Source: an uncultured Clostridia bacterium (GTDB lineage: Bacteria > Bacillota > Clostridia > TANB77 > CAG-508). Taken from it: a DNA stretch of 64,000 nucleotides. The translations under genes were made by a program, and so were the position numbers. The notes under the pieces are model-generated. The model did not search any database, was not told where the DNA came from, and worked only from the letters and a program-made list of their open reading frames with translations. This document shows positions 18,797 to 29,635 of this stretch, one piece after another (within the stretch, counting starts at the first letter, position 1; each line of letters opens with the position of its first letter). The stretch spans positions 114,134 through 178,133 of the forward strand of contig CANQYM010000004.1 in NCBI GenBank assembly GCA_947628085.1, in the 5' to 3' direction.

Positions 18797-20764
18797 GTGT
18801 TTAAGTCGTGAGAGAATTTTTCTAATTCTTTAATTTTGTCCCTTAATTCTGCTGCTTTTTCAAATTCCATTTTTCTAGCGAACATAAGCATTTCATCTGT
18901 TAATTTTGAAATAATCTCTTCAATGCTTTCATCTTCATTAATATCATATTTACTTTGAATGTCTTCAACTATTGTTGCTTTGATAGTATCACGAACCGAT
19001 TTTCTAATTGTTTGTGGTGTTATATTGTGTTCAACATTATACTTTTCCTGCAAAGCTCTTCTTCTATTTGTTTCAGAAATTGCTTTCTCCATTGACTCAG
19101 TTAGCTCATCTGCATACATTATAACTCTACCTTCTGTATTTCTAGCAGCACGACCTATTGTTTGGATTAAAGAACGTTCTGAACGTAAAAATCCTTCTTT
19201 ATCTGCATCTAGAATTGCAACTAAAGATACTTCCGGAATGTCTAAACCTTCTCTTAAAAGATTTATTCCAACTAGAACATCAAATTCTCCAATACGTAAA
19301 TCTCTAATTATTTCCATTCTTTCTAATGCTTTTATATCTGAATGCATATAACGTACTCTAACACCTGCATTTCTTAAATATGCTGTTAAATCTTCTGCCA
19401 TTTTTTTAGTAAGAGTAGTTACTAAAACTCTATCACCTTTTTCTACTTGTTTATCTATTTGTTCCATTAAATCATCTATTTGATTTTCTGTTGGTTTTAC
19501 TTCTATTTTTGGATCTAAAAGTCCTGTTGGACGAATTATTTGCTCTACAACATTACCTTTGCTATGCTCTTTTTCATAATCTGCAGGTGTTGCACTAACA
19601 AAAATACATTGATTTATTCTTTCTTCAAATTCTTCAAATTTAAGAGGCCTATTATCAAAAGCAGATGGAAGTCTAAATCCATAATTAACTAATGATTCTT
19701 TTCTTGCTCTATCTCCATTATACATTGCTCTTACCTGTGGAATTGTTGCATGTGATTCATCTATAAGTAAAAGAAAATCTTTTGGAAAATAGTCGAATAG
19801 TGTATATGGTGGACTTCCTGGTTTTCTACCACTAATATGTCTTGAATAATTTTCTATTCCTTGGCAAAATCCAGTTTCTTTAAGCATTTCAATATCAAAA
19901 TTTGTTCTTTCTTCAATACGTTGTGCTTCAATCAATTTCTTATTTTGCTTAAAATATTCTACTCTTTCTTCCATCTCTTCTTCTATTGTTTCTAAAGCTC
20001 TTTCAAGTTTATCTTTACTTGTTACATAGTGAGAATTTGGATATATCATAACATGTTCTCTAGTTGCTATGGCTTTACCTGTAAGAGGATTTATTTCTGA
20101 AATTTTATCTATTTCTTCTCCCCAAAATTCAACTCTTATAGCTGTTTCTTCTTTATTAGATGGAAAAATTTCTAGAATATCTCCTTTTGCTCTAAAAGTT
20201 CCTCTTTTAAAGTCCATTTCATTTCTTGTATATTGCATATTTACAAGTTTTCTCATTATTTCATTTCTATCTCTTTCCATTCCAGGGCGAAGAGATACTA
20301 TCATATTTTCATAGTCTATAGGATCTCCTAATCCATATATGCAAGATACTGAAGCGACTATTATTACGTCTCTTGTTTCAAATAATGATGCTGTTGCAGA
20401 ATGACGAAGTTTATCTATTTCATCATTAATAGAAGCATCTTTTTCAATGTAGGTATCTGAAGAGGCAATATATGCTTCTGGTTGATAATAGTCGTAATAT
20501 GATACAAAATACTCAACATTATTATTTGGAAAAAACTCTTTGAATTCACTATAAAGTTGTCCGAGCTAGTGTCTTATTGTGTGCCAAAACAAGAGTAGGT
20601 TTTTGCACTTTTTCTATTATATTTGCCATTGTGAAAGTTTTTCCTGAACCTGTAACACCAAGAAGTGTTTGAAACTTTTTTCCTTCTTTAATTCCATTAC
20701 TCAAATATTCAATTGCTTCTGGTTGGTCACCAGTTGGTTTATATTCTGATATTAGTTTAAACAT
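18793..20764 (-). CDS. uvrB: Excinuclease ABC subunit B, interrupted by a +1 frameshift near 20563 (track pieces 20549..20764 and 18793..20304)
   Basis: N-terminal piece ends …[14 protein letters not shown] where UvrB has …NKTLAAQLY. Deleting the G of the plus-strand tccGagc restores …[35 protein letters not shown]… continuous into the second piece (helicase motifs, UVR domain at the C-terminus). Confidence 0.9.
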
Positions 20765-20806
20765 ATCTTCTCCTTTGTGACCGATTTAAATATTGATATC
20801 TTTTGT

Positions 20807-20835
20807 ATTTTACCATTTTTTCATAAAAAATACAA
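20807..20835 (-). promoter_or_regulatory. Putative uvrB promoter TTGTAT-17-TGgTAAAAT
   Basis: Minus strand reads TTGTATtttttatgaaaaaaTGgTAAAAT about 45 nt upstream of the uvrB ATG (RBS aaaggag). Confidence 0.4.
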
Positions 20836-20879
20836 GGTATATAATTTCTTTTAACTTATCTAAAAACTCTCATTTTAGC

Positions 20880-20908
20880 TTGAAACTATAATTTACACAT
20901 GATAAAAT
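20880..20908 (+). promoter_or_regulatory. Putative promoter TTGAAA-17-TAAAAT for the rhamnosidase-family gene
   Basis: cTTGAAActataatttacacatgaTAAAATat, 70 nt upstream of the ATG at 20978. Confidence 0.35.
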
Positions 20909-20977
20909 ATATTTGATTTTTAGGTTTATAGATTTTGCCCTACTAAAAATCTAAATCTTTATCATAAGGACAATTAA

Positions 20978-23362
20978 ATGAATAAAAAAATATTATTTAT
21001 AATAATTCCATTAATTATTATTTTTATTGCTATATCATTAATTTACATTAATACAATTAACAATAATGATCATATTGAAACTTTCGACAGCTCAGCAAAA
21101 TACATCTGGATAAATGATGGAGATATTTTTGATAAAACACAGGAAAATGAAGATAATCCAAATCCTAACAGAAATTCGTGGGTTTATTTTAGAAAGAATT
21201 TCAATATAAAAAATAAAAGAGATATTAAAAATGCAACAGCACTAATAGCAGCTGATTCAAAATATTTCTTATATATTAATGGAAATATTGTAATTCGTGA
21301 TGGTGAATTAAAACGTGGCGAAAAAGAAAATTCAATTTACTATGATGAAATTAGTATTGAAAACTACTTACAAAAAGGTGAAAATAATATTTCAATTTTA
21401 GTATGGTATTTTGGAAAAGATGGATTTTCTCACATTGATTCTGGAAAAGGTGCCTTATTATTTGAAGCACAAATTGGAAATACTTTGCTTGTAAGTGATG
21501 AATCTTGGAAAGCAATTAAAAGTCCTTCTTTTCTAGATGATAATACTTTAAAAAATGGTAGATTAAGTGAAACTAATATCCTTTATAATTCTAACTTAGA
21601 ACTAAATGGTTGGACAGATAAAGACTTTGACGATGCTTCTTGGAGTAATGCTTATTGCTATGGAAGTGCGGGTGACATGCCTTGGGGCGAGTTAATAAAA
21701 AGAGACATTCCGTTTTTTAAATATTCTGATATAAAAAAATATGTTAATTCTCAAGATTATGAAAATAAAACTTTTGATGAAGATACTTTATTAGAAATGA
21801 AATTAGATTATAATATACAATTAGTTCCATATTTTAAAGTTAGTTCAAATGCTAATGAAAAAATTATTATTTCTAATGATAAAAATTTAGATAATTCTAC
21901 TTTTTATGGTAAAATCTCATACATTACAAAAAGCGGTGAACAATCTTTCGAAGCTCCTACTTGGATTAATGGTGATAAAATTTATTATTACATTCCAAAA
22001 GGAGTAAAAATATTAGAACTTGGCTTTAGAGAAACTGGATATGATGTTCAAAGCTCTGGAAATTTTGAATGTGATAATAATAATTTTAATGTTTTATGGC
22101 AAATGGCAAGAAAAACCTTATATGTAAATATGAGAGAAACATATATGGACTGTCCTGATAGAGAAAGAGCTTTATGGATAGCTGATGCTAGTAGCTCTAT
22201 GGAACAATCTTTATATTCATTTGATTCAAGTGTTAATGCTTTATATGAAAAATGTATTAAAATGTTTATTGGTTGGAAACATGAAAATGTTATTCCGACT
22301 GTGGCACCTTCTTATAATGCTAGATTACACCTTCCTGTTCAAAATTTATTAGCAATAAGTTCCATGAATACATACTATGAACATACTGGAAATACAGATT
22401 TTCTTAAAACGGTATATCCAAGTATAAAAGACTATTTAAATTTATGGCAAATAAATGAAGATGGCCTAACTTATGGAACTGGAAACTACTACTTTGATTT
22501 AATGAAATGGTATGATTCTCAAGGAGAATCCGATACTTCTATTGCAGAAAATATTTGGTATTACTATGCTTTAAAAAATGCTTGTGACATTGCTTCTGCT
22601 TTAGAATTAGAAAGTGATGTTAGCGAATATAAAGATAAAATGCAAAGAATCTCAAATGGTATTAATAATAATTTTTGGGATGGAACTGGATATAAATCAA
22701 AAGATTTTAATGGCTATGACAATAGAGCAAATTCAGTAGCAGTTTTATCTGGAATTGCAGATGAAAGTAAATATGAAAGTATTTATTCTGTTATAAAAGA
22801 AAATTATGATAATTCAGTTTTAATGGAAAAATATGTTTTAGAAACACTTTGCAAAATGGGAAAAATTGAAGATGCACAGTCAAGAATTCTTTTCAGATAT
22901 GAAGGAATGATAAATAGTCAAGATTTTAGTACTACTCTTTGGGAATACTGGAATAATGATGTTGGTTCTAAAAATCATGCTTGGGCCGGTTCTCCTTTAA
23001 TTATAATGTCTAAATATTTTGCTGGTATACAACCCTTAAAGCCTGGTTATTCTGAAACTTTAATTAAACCAGATTTTGGAACTTTAAATAAAATGTCATC
23101 TTCTGTATCAACTGTTAAAGGAATTATAGATTTAAATGCCAATAAAACTGAAAATGAAATTAATTTAGAATTTTCTACCCCATCTAAAACTTTAGTAGCA
23201 ATAGAAAAAATTTCTAATGATTTTAATATTAATATAAATAATACAGATGTTTATAAAAATGGGGCTCAAATAAATTTTGAAATAGCAAAATTTGAAAAAG
23301 AAGATTCTAAGTACATATATCTATACTTAGAGCCTGGTGAATATAAAATAATTTCAAAATAA
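20978..23362 (+). CDS. Alpha-L-rhamnosidase family (GH78-like) protein with N-terminal signal/anchor
   Basis: N-terminal KYIWINDGD…SWVYFRKNF and catalytic-domain LYVNMRETYMDCPDRERALWIADA motifs characteristic of GH78 six-hairpin glycosidases. Confidence 0.6.
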   Translation: MNKKILFIIIPLIIIFIAISLIYINTINNNDHIETFDSSAKYIWINDGDIFDKTQENEDNPNPNRNSWVYFRKNFNIKNKRDIKNATALIAADSKYFLYINGNIVIRDGELKRGEKENSIYYDEISIENYLQKGENNISILVWYFGKDGFSHIDSGKGALLFEAQIGNTLLVSDESWKAIKSPSFLDDNTLKNGRLSETNILYNSNLELNGWTDKDFDDASWSNAYCYGSAGDMPWGELIKRDIPFFKYSDIKKYVNSQDYENKTFDEDTLLEMKLDYNIQLVPYFKVSSNANEKIIISNDKNLDNSTFYGKISYITKSGEQSFEAPTWINGDKIYYYIPKGVKILELGFRETGYDVQSSGNFECDNNNFNVLWQMARKTLYVNMRETYMDCPDRERALWIADASSSMEQSLYSFDSSVNALYEKCIKMFIGWKHENVIPTVAPSYNARLHLPVQNLLAISSMNTYYEHTGNTDFLKTVYPSIKDYLNLWQINEDGLTYGTGNYYFDLMKWYDSQGESDTSIAENIWYYYALKNACDIASALELESDVSEYKDKMQRISNGINNNFWDGTGYKSKDFNGYDNRANSVAVLSGIADESKYESIYSVIKENYDNSVLMEKYVLETLCKMGKIEDAQSRILFRYEGMINSQDFSTTLWEYWNNDVGSKNHAWAGSPLIIMSKYFAGIQPLKPGYSETLIKPDFGTLNKMSSSVSTVKGIIDLNANKTENEINLEFSTPSKTLVAIEKISNDFNININNTDVYKNGAQINFEIAKFEKEDSKYIYLYLEPGEYKIISK

Positions 23363-23367
23363 ATTTA

Positions 23368-23400
23368 AAGCAAGGTAAAATAACTACCTTGCTTTATTTT
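23368..23400. terminator. Bidirectional intrinsic terminator
   Basis: aagcaaggtaaaataactaccttgctt followed by TATTTT. Confidence 0.7.
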
Positions 23401-23418
23401 TAGTTAAAATTTACTAAT

Positions 23419-24330
23419 TTAATTTCCAACATATTCAGAATTCTTAATTATATTTGTGAAAGCCTTTAGTGCAAGTTTATAATCTACATTTGCATCTGTA
23501 ACAATTGCAAAATCAGTAGTATAAGTTTCATCTAAATCTACAGAACAATAATATGCATCCTTACTTCCTAAACCATCTCCACTTTGCATAACTAAATATT
23601 CTACATTATCTATTTCTTCTGTTGTTGTTTTTGAAGAATTTGTTCCCATAAAATTCATAAGGCCATTAGCAAATGATCCAACTTCTTTTACTCCATCTAT
23701 CATCTCTTGAACACTACCTTCTTTAACTTCTATTATTACTATAGTCCAACCTTCATCGCTATTTATTATTCTTAAATTTTGTGGAGTATTGTTATCTACT
23801 TTATATTTTAAATTACTAGGAATTTCAAATAAGAAGCCACCATAACTTACTTCGGCCTTTGAATTAATATTACTACTACTTAATGAAGTATTTTCATTTA
23901 AAGTTGTATCTATAGTGTTCATATTAGTAATTAAATTTTCATTGTTATCACTATTTATTTCAGTATCATTTTCATCTTCTTCAATAATGCTTAATAAATT
24001 TATTTGATTCTGAGCAGAGTTATTATTACCAAAAATTTTTGATATTTTTGAAAAAGCAAAACAAGCCAAGCATACTACTATTAATACTATAGCAATAATG
24101 ATTATCAATATAAATATTCTATTTTTGTTTTTATTAACATTATTTTGATCGTTATTATTAAAATTCCTATTTGAATTAGCATTATTTTGCTTGTTGCTAT
24201 TAGAACTATTATTACTTTGATTTGTTGTATTTGTTTCTACATTTGTTTGATTAGAATTTGTAGGCCTTTCATAAGTAAACATATCATTATCGTTATTTTC
24301 ATTCATAATATTTTCTCCTTCATTTACCAA
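23419..24330 (-). CDS. Asn-rich single-TM membrane protein, possibly a BatD-like component of the Bat operon
   Basis: ORF track; TM helix IFILIIIIAIVLIVVCLACFAF; overlaps the upstream TPR gene by 7 nt. Confidence 0.4.
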   Translation of the reverse strand: MVNEGENIMNENNDNDMFTYERPTNSNQTNVETNTTNQSNNSSNSNKQNNANSNRNFNNNDQNNVNKNKNRIFILIIIIAIVLIVVCLACFAFSKISKIFGNNNSAQNQINLLSIIEEDENDTEINSDNNENLITNMNTIDTTLNENTSLSSSNINSKAEVSYGGFLFEIPSNLKYKVDNNTPQNLRIINSDEGWTIVIIEVKEGSVQEMIDGVKEVGSFANGLMNFMGTNSSKTTTEEIDNVEYLVMQSGDGLGSKDAYYCSVDLDETYTTDFAIVTDANVDYKLALKAFTNIIKNSEYVGN

Positions 24331-24932
24331 TTTTTCTTGTTTTTATTAAATTCTGAATTTCTATATTTATATTTATCTTCTACTGCTCTTTCTTCTTTAA
24401 TAGCTTGTTCTTTTAAGTCTTGTATTTGCTTTTCTATAGCTTGTGTTTGCTCATCTAATTCATTTTTCTGCTCTTCATCATTATTATTTTCGTCTTTGTT
24501 TTCATTATTTTGATTTTGATTATTTTTTGACTGCTTTAGTCTGTTTATTTCATCTTGTATGTCTTTTTTTAATGTTTCTGCTTTTTCACTATGACCTAAA
24601 TTATCATTTTTATTTGCACAACCTTTTTCTGTTAAAACATCTATAGCAGATTCATAAAGTTCTATTGCATTTTCTATAGATTCTTTATCTGATTCATCAA
24701 GTTTTACTGTTTTACAAATTGCTAAGGCATAATTAATTCTAATACTACATTCCTTTTCTTTTGGTGGAAAACCTTTTAAAGCTTTTTTATATTCTTCAAT
24801 TGCTTCTTCATATTTTTCTTTTTGGTATAAAATATTTCCATAGTTATAATTTGCTATATAGCTTTCTGGAAAGTTAAAATATGTTAAGCTTTTAGCACCG
24901 AGTTTCTTGATAGTTTCCATTATTATAATCAT
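24324..24932 (-). CDS. TPR-repeat / coiled-coil protein (BatC-like)
   Basis: TPR-type YNYGNILYQKEKYEEAIEEYKKALK and ALAICKTV…AIELYESA repeats; charged coiled-coil tail. Confidence 0.5.
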   Translation of the reverse strand: MIIIMETIKKLGAKSLTYFNFPESYIANYNYGNILYQKEKYEEAIEEYKKALKGFPPKEKECSIRINYALAICKTVKLDESDKESIENAIELYESAIDVLTEKGCANKNDNLGHSEKAETLKKDIQDEINRLKQSKNNQNQNNENKDENNNDEEQKNELDEQTQAIEKQIQDLKEQAIKEERAVEDKYKYRNSEFNKNKKNW

Positions 24933-25025
24933 TTATTAGATTATTATTTTTTACAATATTATATAAAATTTTAAAAGTCATAAGTATTAAAATAACATAT
25001 ATCGCAATTAATACTTTTTTCTTCA

Positions 25026-26069
25026 TTACATTCTCCTCTTTTGAATTATAAAGTGTATTATTAGTAAAATTGCTAATGGAACTGCAAAATAATAATATAT
25101 ATCTTTATATGTTTTAATTTTTTCTTCTGCTGTTTGCGCATTAAGTGACTGCTCTTTTATTTCTTTTATTTTGTAATCAATATTTGAAGTTTTATCCATA
25201 TGTATGTAATCTATTCCCATTTCACTTGCTACTTGTTTTAAATTGTTTTCATCTATTTTTGAAATTGCTGTTACTTGACTATTATTTTCATCATAATAGT
25301 AAACGTAATATGATGGGCTAAGAGGATTATCTGCATAAAGAGAGCTTACCATTTTTCCACCATCTTTAGTTCCATATCCAAGAACTGCTCCATTAGACAC
25401 ATATTTTTTTATGCCTGAAAATGACTCAAGTTTTTCATTTTCTTTTGTTATTTCTCCATCAGATATAAAAAATACTACTGATTTTGCATTTCCCTCTTCT
25501 CTTTTACTTTCATCACTTAATAATTTTTCAATTTCAGTTTTTGCTATGTTTAAAGAGCTTCCTTTAGCATAAGTATCATTTTCTAATGTTATAGCTTTTA
25601 ACTCTGCTTGTACCATATCTGTATCTGTAGTAAACGGAATTAATCTTTGAGCTGTATCTCCAAAAGTTAAAATTGAAAATTTACAATTAGAAAGTTCATC
25701 TACAATATAGCATAAATCGTTTACAACTCCCTCAAATCTTTCTTTATTTCCGTCATAATCTAATGCTCTCATACTAACAGTTGTGTCTATTACAAATAAA
25801 ATATTTAAATCTGAGTTTATTGCAGTAGATTCTCCATCTGGCACCATTATTCTTAAGTTTATAACAAATAATAAAATAATAATAAATATTTTTATAAGCG
25901 AGTCGATAGCATACTGCTTAATTAAACTTTTTTGTCTAGCAGTTCTTTCGCCGTTTTCTTGTTTATTAGAAATAATATTTTTAAGCTGTTTATTATACAG
26001 TATAAATATTATTGTACCTATGCTAATTACAGTCATAAGCCAAATTGGAATTATTGGATTTATTATCAT
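25026..26069 (-). CDS. vWA-domain membrane protein (BatB-like)
   Basis: MIDAS-like DTTVSMRALD…, vWA fold, N- and C-terminal TM helices; overlaps its neighbours by 4 nt. Confidence 0.6.
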   Translation of the reverse strand: MIINPIIPIWLMTVISIGTIIFILYNKQLKNIISNKQENGERTARQKSLIKQYAIDSLIKIFIIILLFVINLRIMVPDGESTAINSDLNILFVIDTTVSMRALDYDGNKERFEGVVNDLCYIVDELSNCKFSILTFGDTAQRLIPFTTDTDMVQAELKAITLENDTYAKGSSLNIAKTEIEKLLSDESKREEGNAKSVVFFISDGEITKENEKLESFSGIKKYVSNGAVLGYGTKDGGKMVSSLYADNPLSPSYYVYYYDENNSQVTAISKIDENNLKQVASEMGIDYIHMDKTSNIDYKIKEIKEQSLNAQTAEEKIKTYKDIYYYFAVPLAILLIIHFIIQKRRM

Positions 26070-27112
26070 AATCTAACTCTTTTCTCAATAATAATTAATA
26101 TTATAAATGATATTATAATACACTTAACAAATATTTCTGGATGATCCACAACATATGTTTTCTTGCTTGTTTTTAATAAAGATGATTTGGTTTCTTTTAT
26201 TTCATTTGCTATATTTGTTGACATTTTATCTAAATCACCTGTGTAAAATTTTCCGTTTCCGTTTTCTTCTACTGCTTTTTTATAAGAAGCTATTTTTTCT
26301 GCTGAAGTATAACTATTCATCTCAACAGTTGGGCAATATGCATAAAGATTAACATTATATTTTTTACATAATGCACAAGCATCTGCTAAAGTAACAGTTT
26401 CTGTTCCTCTAACATCATTATCTGTTGCAAAGATAATAATTCTTGTTCTTTTCTCATCTTCTTTTAAATCTGGAAAAGAAAACAGTGTTCCTGAAAGTCC
26501 ATCTCCAACAAGAGAGCTTCCTCTTTCCAAAGAATTTAAAGATATTCCTCCATTCCAAATTGTTGGCAATTGTTCTCCATTTTGTTCATATGTATTTGGA
26601 GGATATAAATTATTTTCTATAGTTATTTTGAATTGTTCTTCTAATGCGCTTAAACGTTCATTTATATAGTCATAGTCAGTAGTTAGTGGAGAATATACAA
26701 CAGGAGCTGTATTGTAAATCATAATTCCTATTCTGTCTCCTTTAATTTCAGGAATTATTTTTTTGAATTTATTTATTAATTCTATATTTACTTCTGATTC
26801 AGTTGTTGATGCATCTAAACTTAGAAAAATATCTCTATTGTATTTATCTTCACTTCTTGTTTCAACTGTTATTGGTCTTGCAATAAGAATTGAAGTTAGT
26901 ATTATACAAATTAAACAAAAAACTTTAATAGAATTTGATAAAATTTTATATTTCGTCATCTTCTTTTTATAGTATTCTGTTTCTTTTATAAATTGAGTAT
27001 TAGCAACTTTTTTTCCATTAGTGTATTTTGTTTTATGATTCAAATTTATAAAAAACAATATAATTCCAACTATAGAGCATATAATTATAGCTAGTGGATA
27101 TGATAATTCCAT
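26066..27112 (-). CDS. vWA-domain membrane protein (BatA-like)
   Basis: N-terminal TM pair followed by a vWA domain (DASTTESEV… region); operon context with MoxR/DUF58. Confidence 0.55.
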   Translation of the reverse strand: MELSYPLAIIICSIVGIILFFINLNHKTKYTNGKKVANTQFIKETEYYKKKMTKYKILSNSIKVFCLICIILTSILIARPITVETRSEDKYNRDIFLSLDASTTESEVNIELINKFKKIIPEIKGDRIGIMIYNTAPVVYSPLTTDYDYINERLSALEEQFKITIENNLYPPNTYEQNGEQLPTIWNGGISLNSLERGSSLVGDGLSGTLFSFPDLKEDEKRTRIIIFATDNDVRGTETVTLADACALCKKYNVNLYAYCPTVEMNSYTSAEKIASYKKAVEENGNGKFYTGDLDKMSTNIANEIKETKSSLLKTSKKTYVVDHPEIFVKCIIISFIILIIIEKRVRL

Positions 27113-27579
27113 TGTTTTATAACTCCCCTTGCTTTGTTTATAGAAGCTTCAAAGTCTCCTACTGTTGATTTACTTGCAAATTCTGGCTCGTAATATTCTT
27201 CAATTAATTCATAAAGATGTGGTATTTTTAGTTTTTTTATTTCTGATAAAGAATAGTTTTGTGTTGTAATATCTGTAATTTCAAAAACAAACATTCTTAT
27301 AGCTTCACTAATTTGCTGGTATGCTGTTCTTAAAGTAATTTCATTATTTTTGTATTTATATTCTATTGAATCTAGTAGATTAATATATTTTCCTTTTATA
27401 ACTGGTATATTTTTAATATTTTTTTCTGGAATTTCTTTTACACTTGTTGTTTTCTTTGATTTCTCTCTTATTTTTAGACAAATTAAACAAAATGTTATTA
27501 AAAAAATAACACTTAGTAAAATTATTAATGGAATTACAGAATATTTAAAAGGGTCTTGCAATTTAATGGATGTCTGCAT
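27091..27579 (-). CDS. Small membrane protein of the Bat/MoxR operon (DUF4381-like position)
   Basis: ORF track; single TM; overlaps both neighbours. Confidence 0.4.
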   Translation of the reverse strand: MQTSIKLQDPFKYSVIPLIILLSVIFLITFCLICLKIREKSKKTTSVKEIPEKNIKNIPVIKGKYINLLDSIEYKYKNNEITLRTAYQQISEAIRMFVFEITDITTQNYSLSEIKKLKIPHLYELIEEYYEPEFASKSTVGDFEASINKARGVIKQWNYHIH

Positions 27580-28432
27580 TTTTTCGCCTTTCTAATAATT
27601 TTATTACATCATTTACTATATCTTTTTGTTTGTTTATTGTAGTTGTAGTTATTTTATATTTTTTAAATTTATTTTTTGTTTCTTCATATATTTTTGTTTT
27701 TATTTCTAATTCAATATCTTTTAGTTTTTCATCATCTAAAATGTAATCTGGTATATAACTATTTTCATCAACATCAAAAGCATTATATCCTGTCATAAGA
27801 GCATCAGAAATATTTATGAACATTACATCATGTAGTAAAGAAAGCTTTCTTAATATATCTTCAGAAAGTTTACTCATTCCATCTATATCTGTAACAATGA
27901 AAATAATCATTCTTCTTCTAATAAACTTTAAAACATAATTTATTAAATTTTCTAAGTTATTTTCTATACCTATTTCTTTTTCATATGAATTTAAGATTTT
28001 TTCTATATTGTATAATCCTGTTTTAAATGGAAATAATTTTATTCCATTTTTTCCATTATAGATTGCACTAACTGAATCTCCATGCTTGTCTATCAAATAT
28101 GAAATTGTTCCTGTTGTCATTAAAGCAACATCTTTTTTGGAATCTAGTTCTCTAGTGTCTGCTAACATCTTTTTTCCAGAATCTAATATAAATAATATGT
28201 TATGCTTTTTTTCTGCAACATATTGCTTTATTAATATTTTATTTGATCTTGCTGATGCTTTCCAGTCTATATCTTTAACATTATCACCAACAACATATTC
28301 TCTTAAGTCCTCAAAATTCATACTTTTGCCTTTATAAATAGAATTATAAGAACCTTCTAAAATGTTTGATGTTTTTTTCTTAGTATAAATTGATAAATTT
28401 GCTTTTACTTTAGCAATATACTTCATATTCAT
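27563..28432 (-). CDS. DUF58-family protein (MoxR-associated vWA-like)
   Basis: Conserved position directly after MoxR; …FEDLREYVVGDNVKDIDWKASAR… matches the DUF58 hallmark (D…R.Y..GD…IDWK). Confidence 0.6.
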   Translation of the reverse strand: MNMKYIAKVKANLSIYTKKKTSNILEGSYNSIYKGKSMNFEDLREYVVGDNVKDIDWKASARSNKILIKQYVAEKKHNILFILDSGKKMLADTRELDSKKDVALMTTGTISYLIDKHGDSVSAIYNGKNGIKLFPFKTGLYNIEKILNSYEKEIGIENNLENLINYVLKFIRRRMIIFIVTDIDGMSKLSEDILRKLSLLHDVMFINISDALMTGYNAFDVDENSYIPDYILDDEKLKDIELEIKTKIYEETKNKFKKYKITTTTINKQKDIVNDVIKLLERRKNADIH

Positions 28433-28455
28433 AACAATTTTCTCCTTAAATCATA

Positions 28456-29442
28456 CTAAGGTGTTTTTATTGAAGCAATTATTGCATCTATTATTGTTTC
28501 AACTTTAACTTCATCTGCAATAGCTTCAAAGCTTAAAGCAATTCTATGTCTTAATATACTATAACTTAACATTTTAATATCATCTGGTGTTACATAAGTT
28601 CTTCCATTCATTAAAGCTAAAGCTTTACTTGCATCCATAAAAGCAATTGATGCTCTAGTACTTGCACCACTTGTTATATATTTTGCAAGCTCTGGTTTTA
28701 TTACTTTTGAAGCAAATCTAGTTGCACATACAATATCAATAATATATTTTTTTATAGATTCATCTATATACACTCTTTTACTTAACTCTTGCAAATATTT
28801 TATGTCTTCTAAGTCTGCAACTTTTTCTCCTTTTTCAAAAACATTTTTTTCAATTCTATTTAACACTTCAAGTTCTTCACTGCTAGTTGGATAATCTAAT
28901 GTTTCTTTAATTATAAATCTATCTTGTTGAGCTTCTGCTAAAGGATATGTTCCCTCCTGTTCTATTGGATTTTGTGTTGCAATTACTATAAAAATTTCTG
29001 GTAGTTTATATTTTTTTCCACCTATGCTTACTTGTCTTTCTTGCATAGCTTCTAGCATCGCACTTTGTGTTTTTGAACTAGATCTGTTTATTTCGTCTAA
29101 AAGAACAAAATTTGCATATACTGGACCTATTTTAGTTTCAAAATCGCCTGTTTTTGCATTATAAGTTTGAGTACCAATAATATCGCTTGGTAATAAGTCT
29201 GGTGTACATTGAATTCTTGAAAATTTGCCACCACAACTTTCTGTTAGTACTTTTGCAGCAGTTGTTTTTGCAAGTCCAGGTACTGATTCAACTAATATAT
29301 GACCATTTGCAATTAATGATATCATTAATGAAATTTTTAAATTCTTTTGTCCTACAATTCTTGCAGTATAGTATTCAGCAACTTTTTTTACTATTTCGTT
29401 ACTCTTTTGCATTTCTTCTGAAGAAATATTACTATTATCCAT
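28456..29442 (-). CDS. MoxR-family AAA+ ATPase
   Basis: Walker A VPGLAKTT, Walker B FVLLDEINR, sensor regions; 328 aa. Confidence 0.8.
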   Translation of the reverse strand: MDNSNISSEEMQKSNEIVKKVAEYYTARIVGQKNLKISLMISLIANGHILVESVPGLAKTTAAKVLTESCGGKFSRIQCTPDLLPSDIIGTQTYNAKTGDFETKIGPVYANFVLLDEINRSSSKTQSAMLEAMQERQVSIGGKKYKLPEIFIVIATQNPIEQEGTYPLAEAQQDRFIIKETLDYPTSSEELEVLNRIEKNVFEKGEKVADLEDIKYLQELSKRVYIDESIKKYIIDIVCATRFASKVIKPELAKYITSGASTRASIAFMDASKALALMNGRTYVTPDDIKMLSYSILRHRIALSFEAIADEVKVETIIDAIIASIKTP

Positions 29443-29570
29443 TTTTTATTCCTCTCTTTTGTATTTTTATAACTTAAATTAATACACTTGTATTTTATAA
29501 TAAGCATTATTTTTTGTATACTAGTTTAAGTAAAATGAAAAACAAAAATAATATAATTGTTAAAAAATAA

Positions 29571-29604
29571 AAATCTCTTAAGTAATTTAAGAGATTTTTA
29601 TTTT
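29571..29604. terminator. Bidirectional intrinsic terminator
   Basis: aaatctcttaa-gtaatt-ttaagagattt followed by TTATTTT. Confidence 0.6.
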
Positions 29605-29635
29605 GGGGATTTTATTTTGCTAGCTTTTTATTTGC

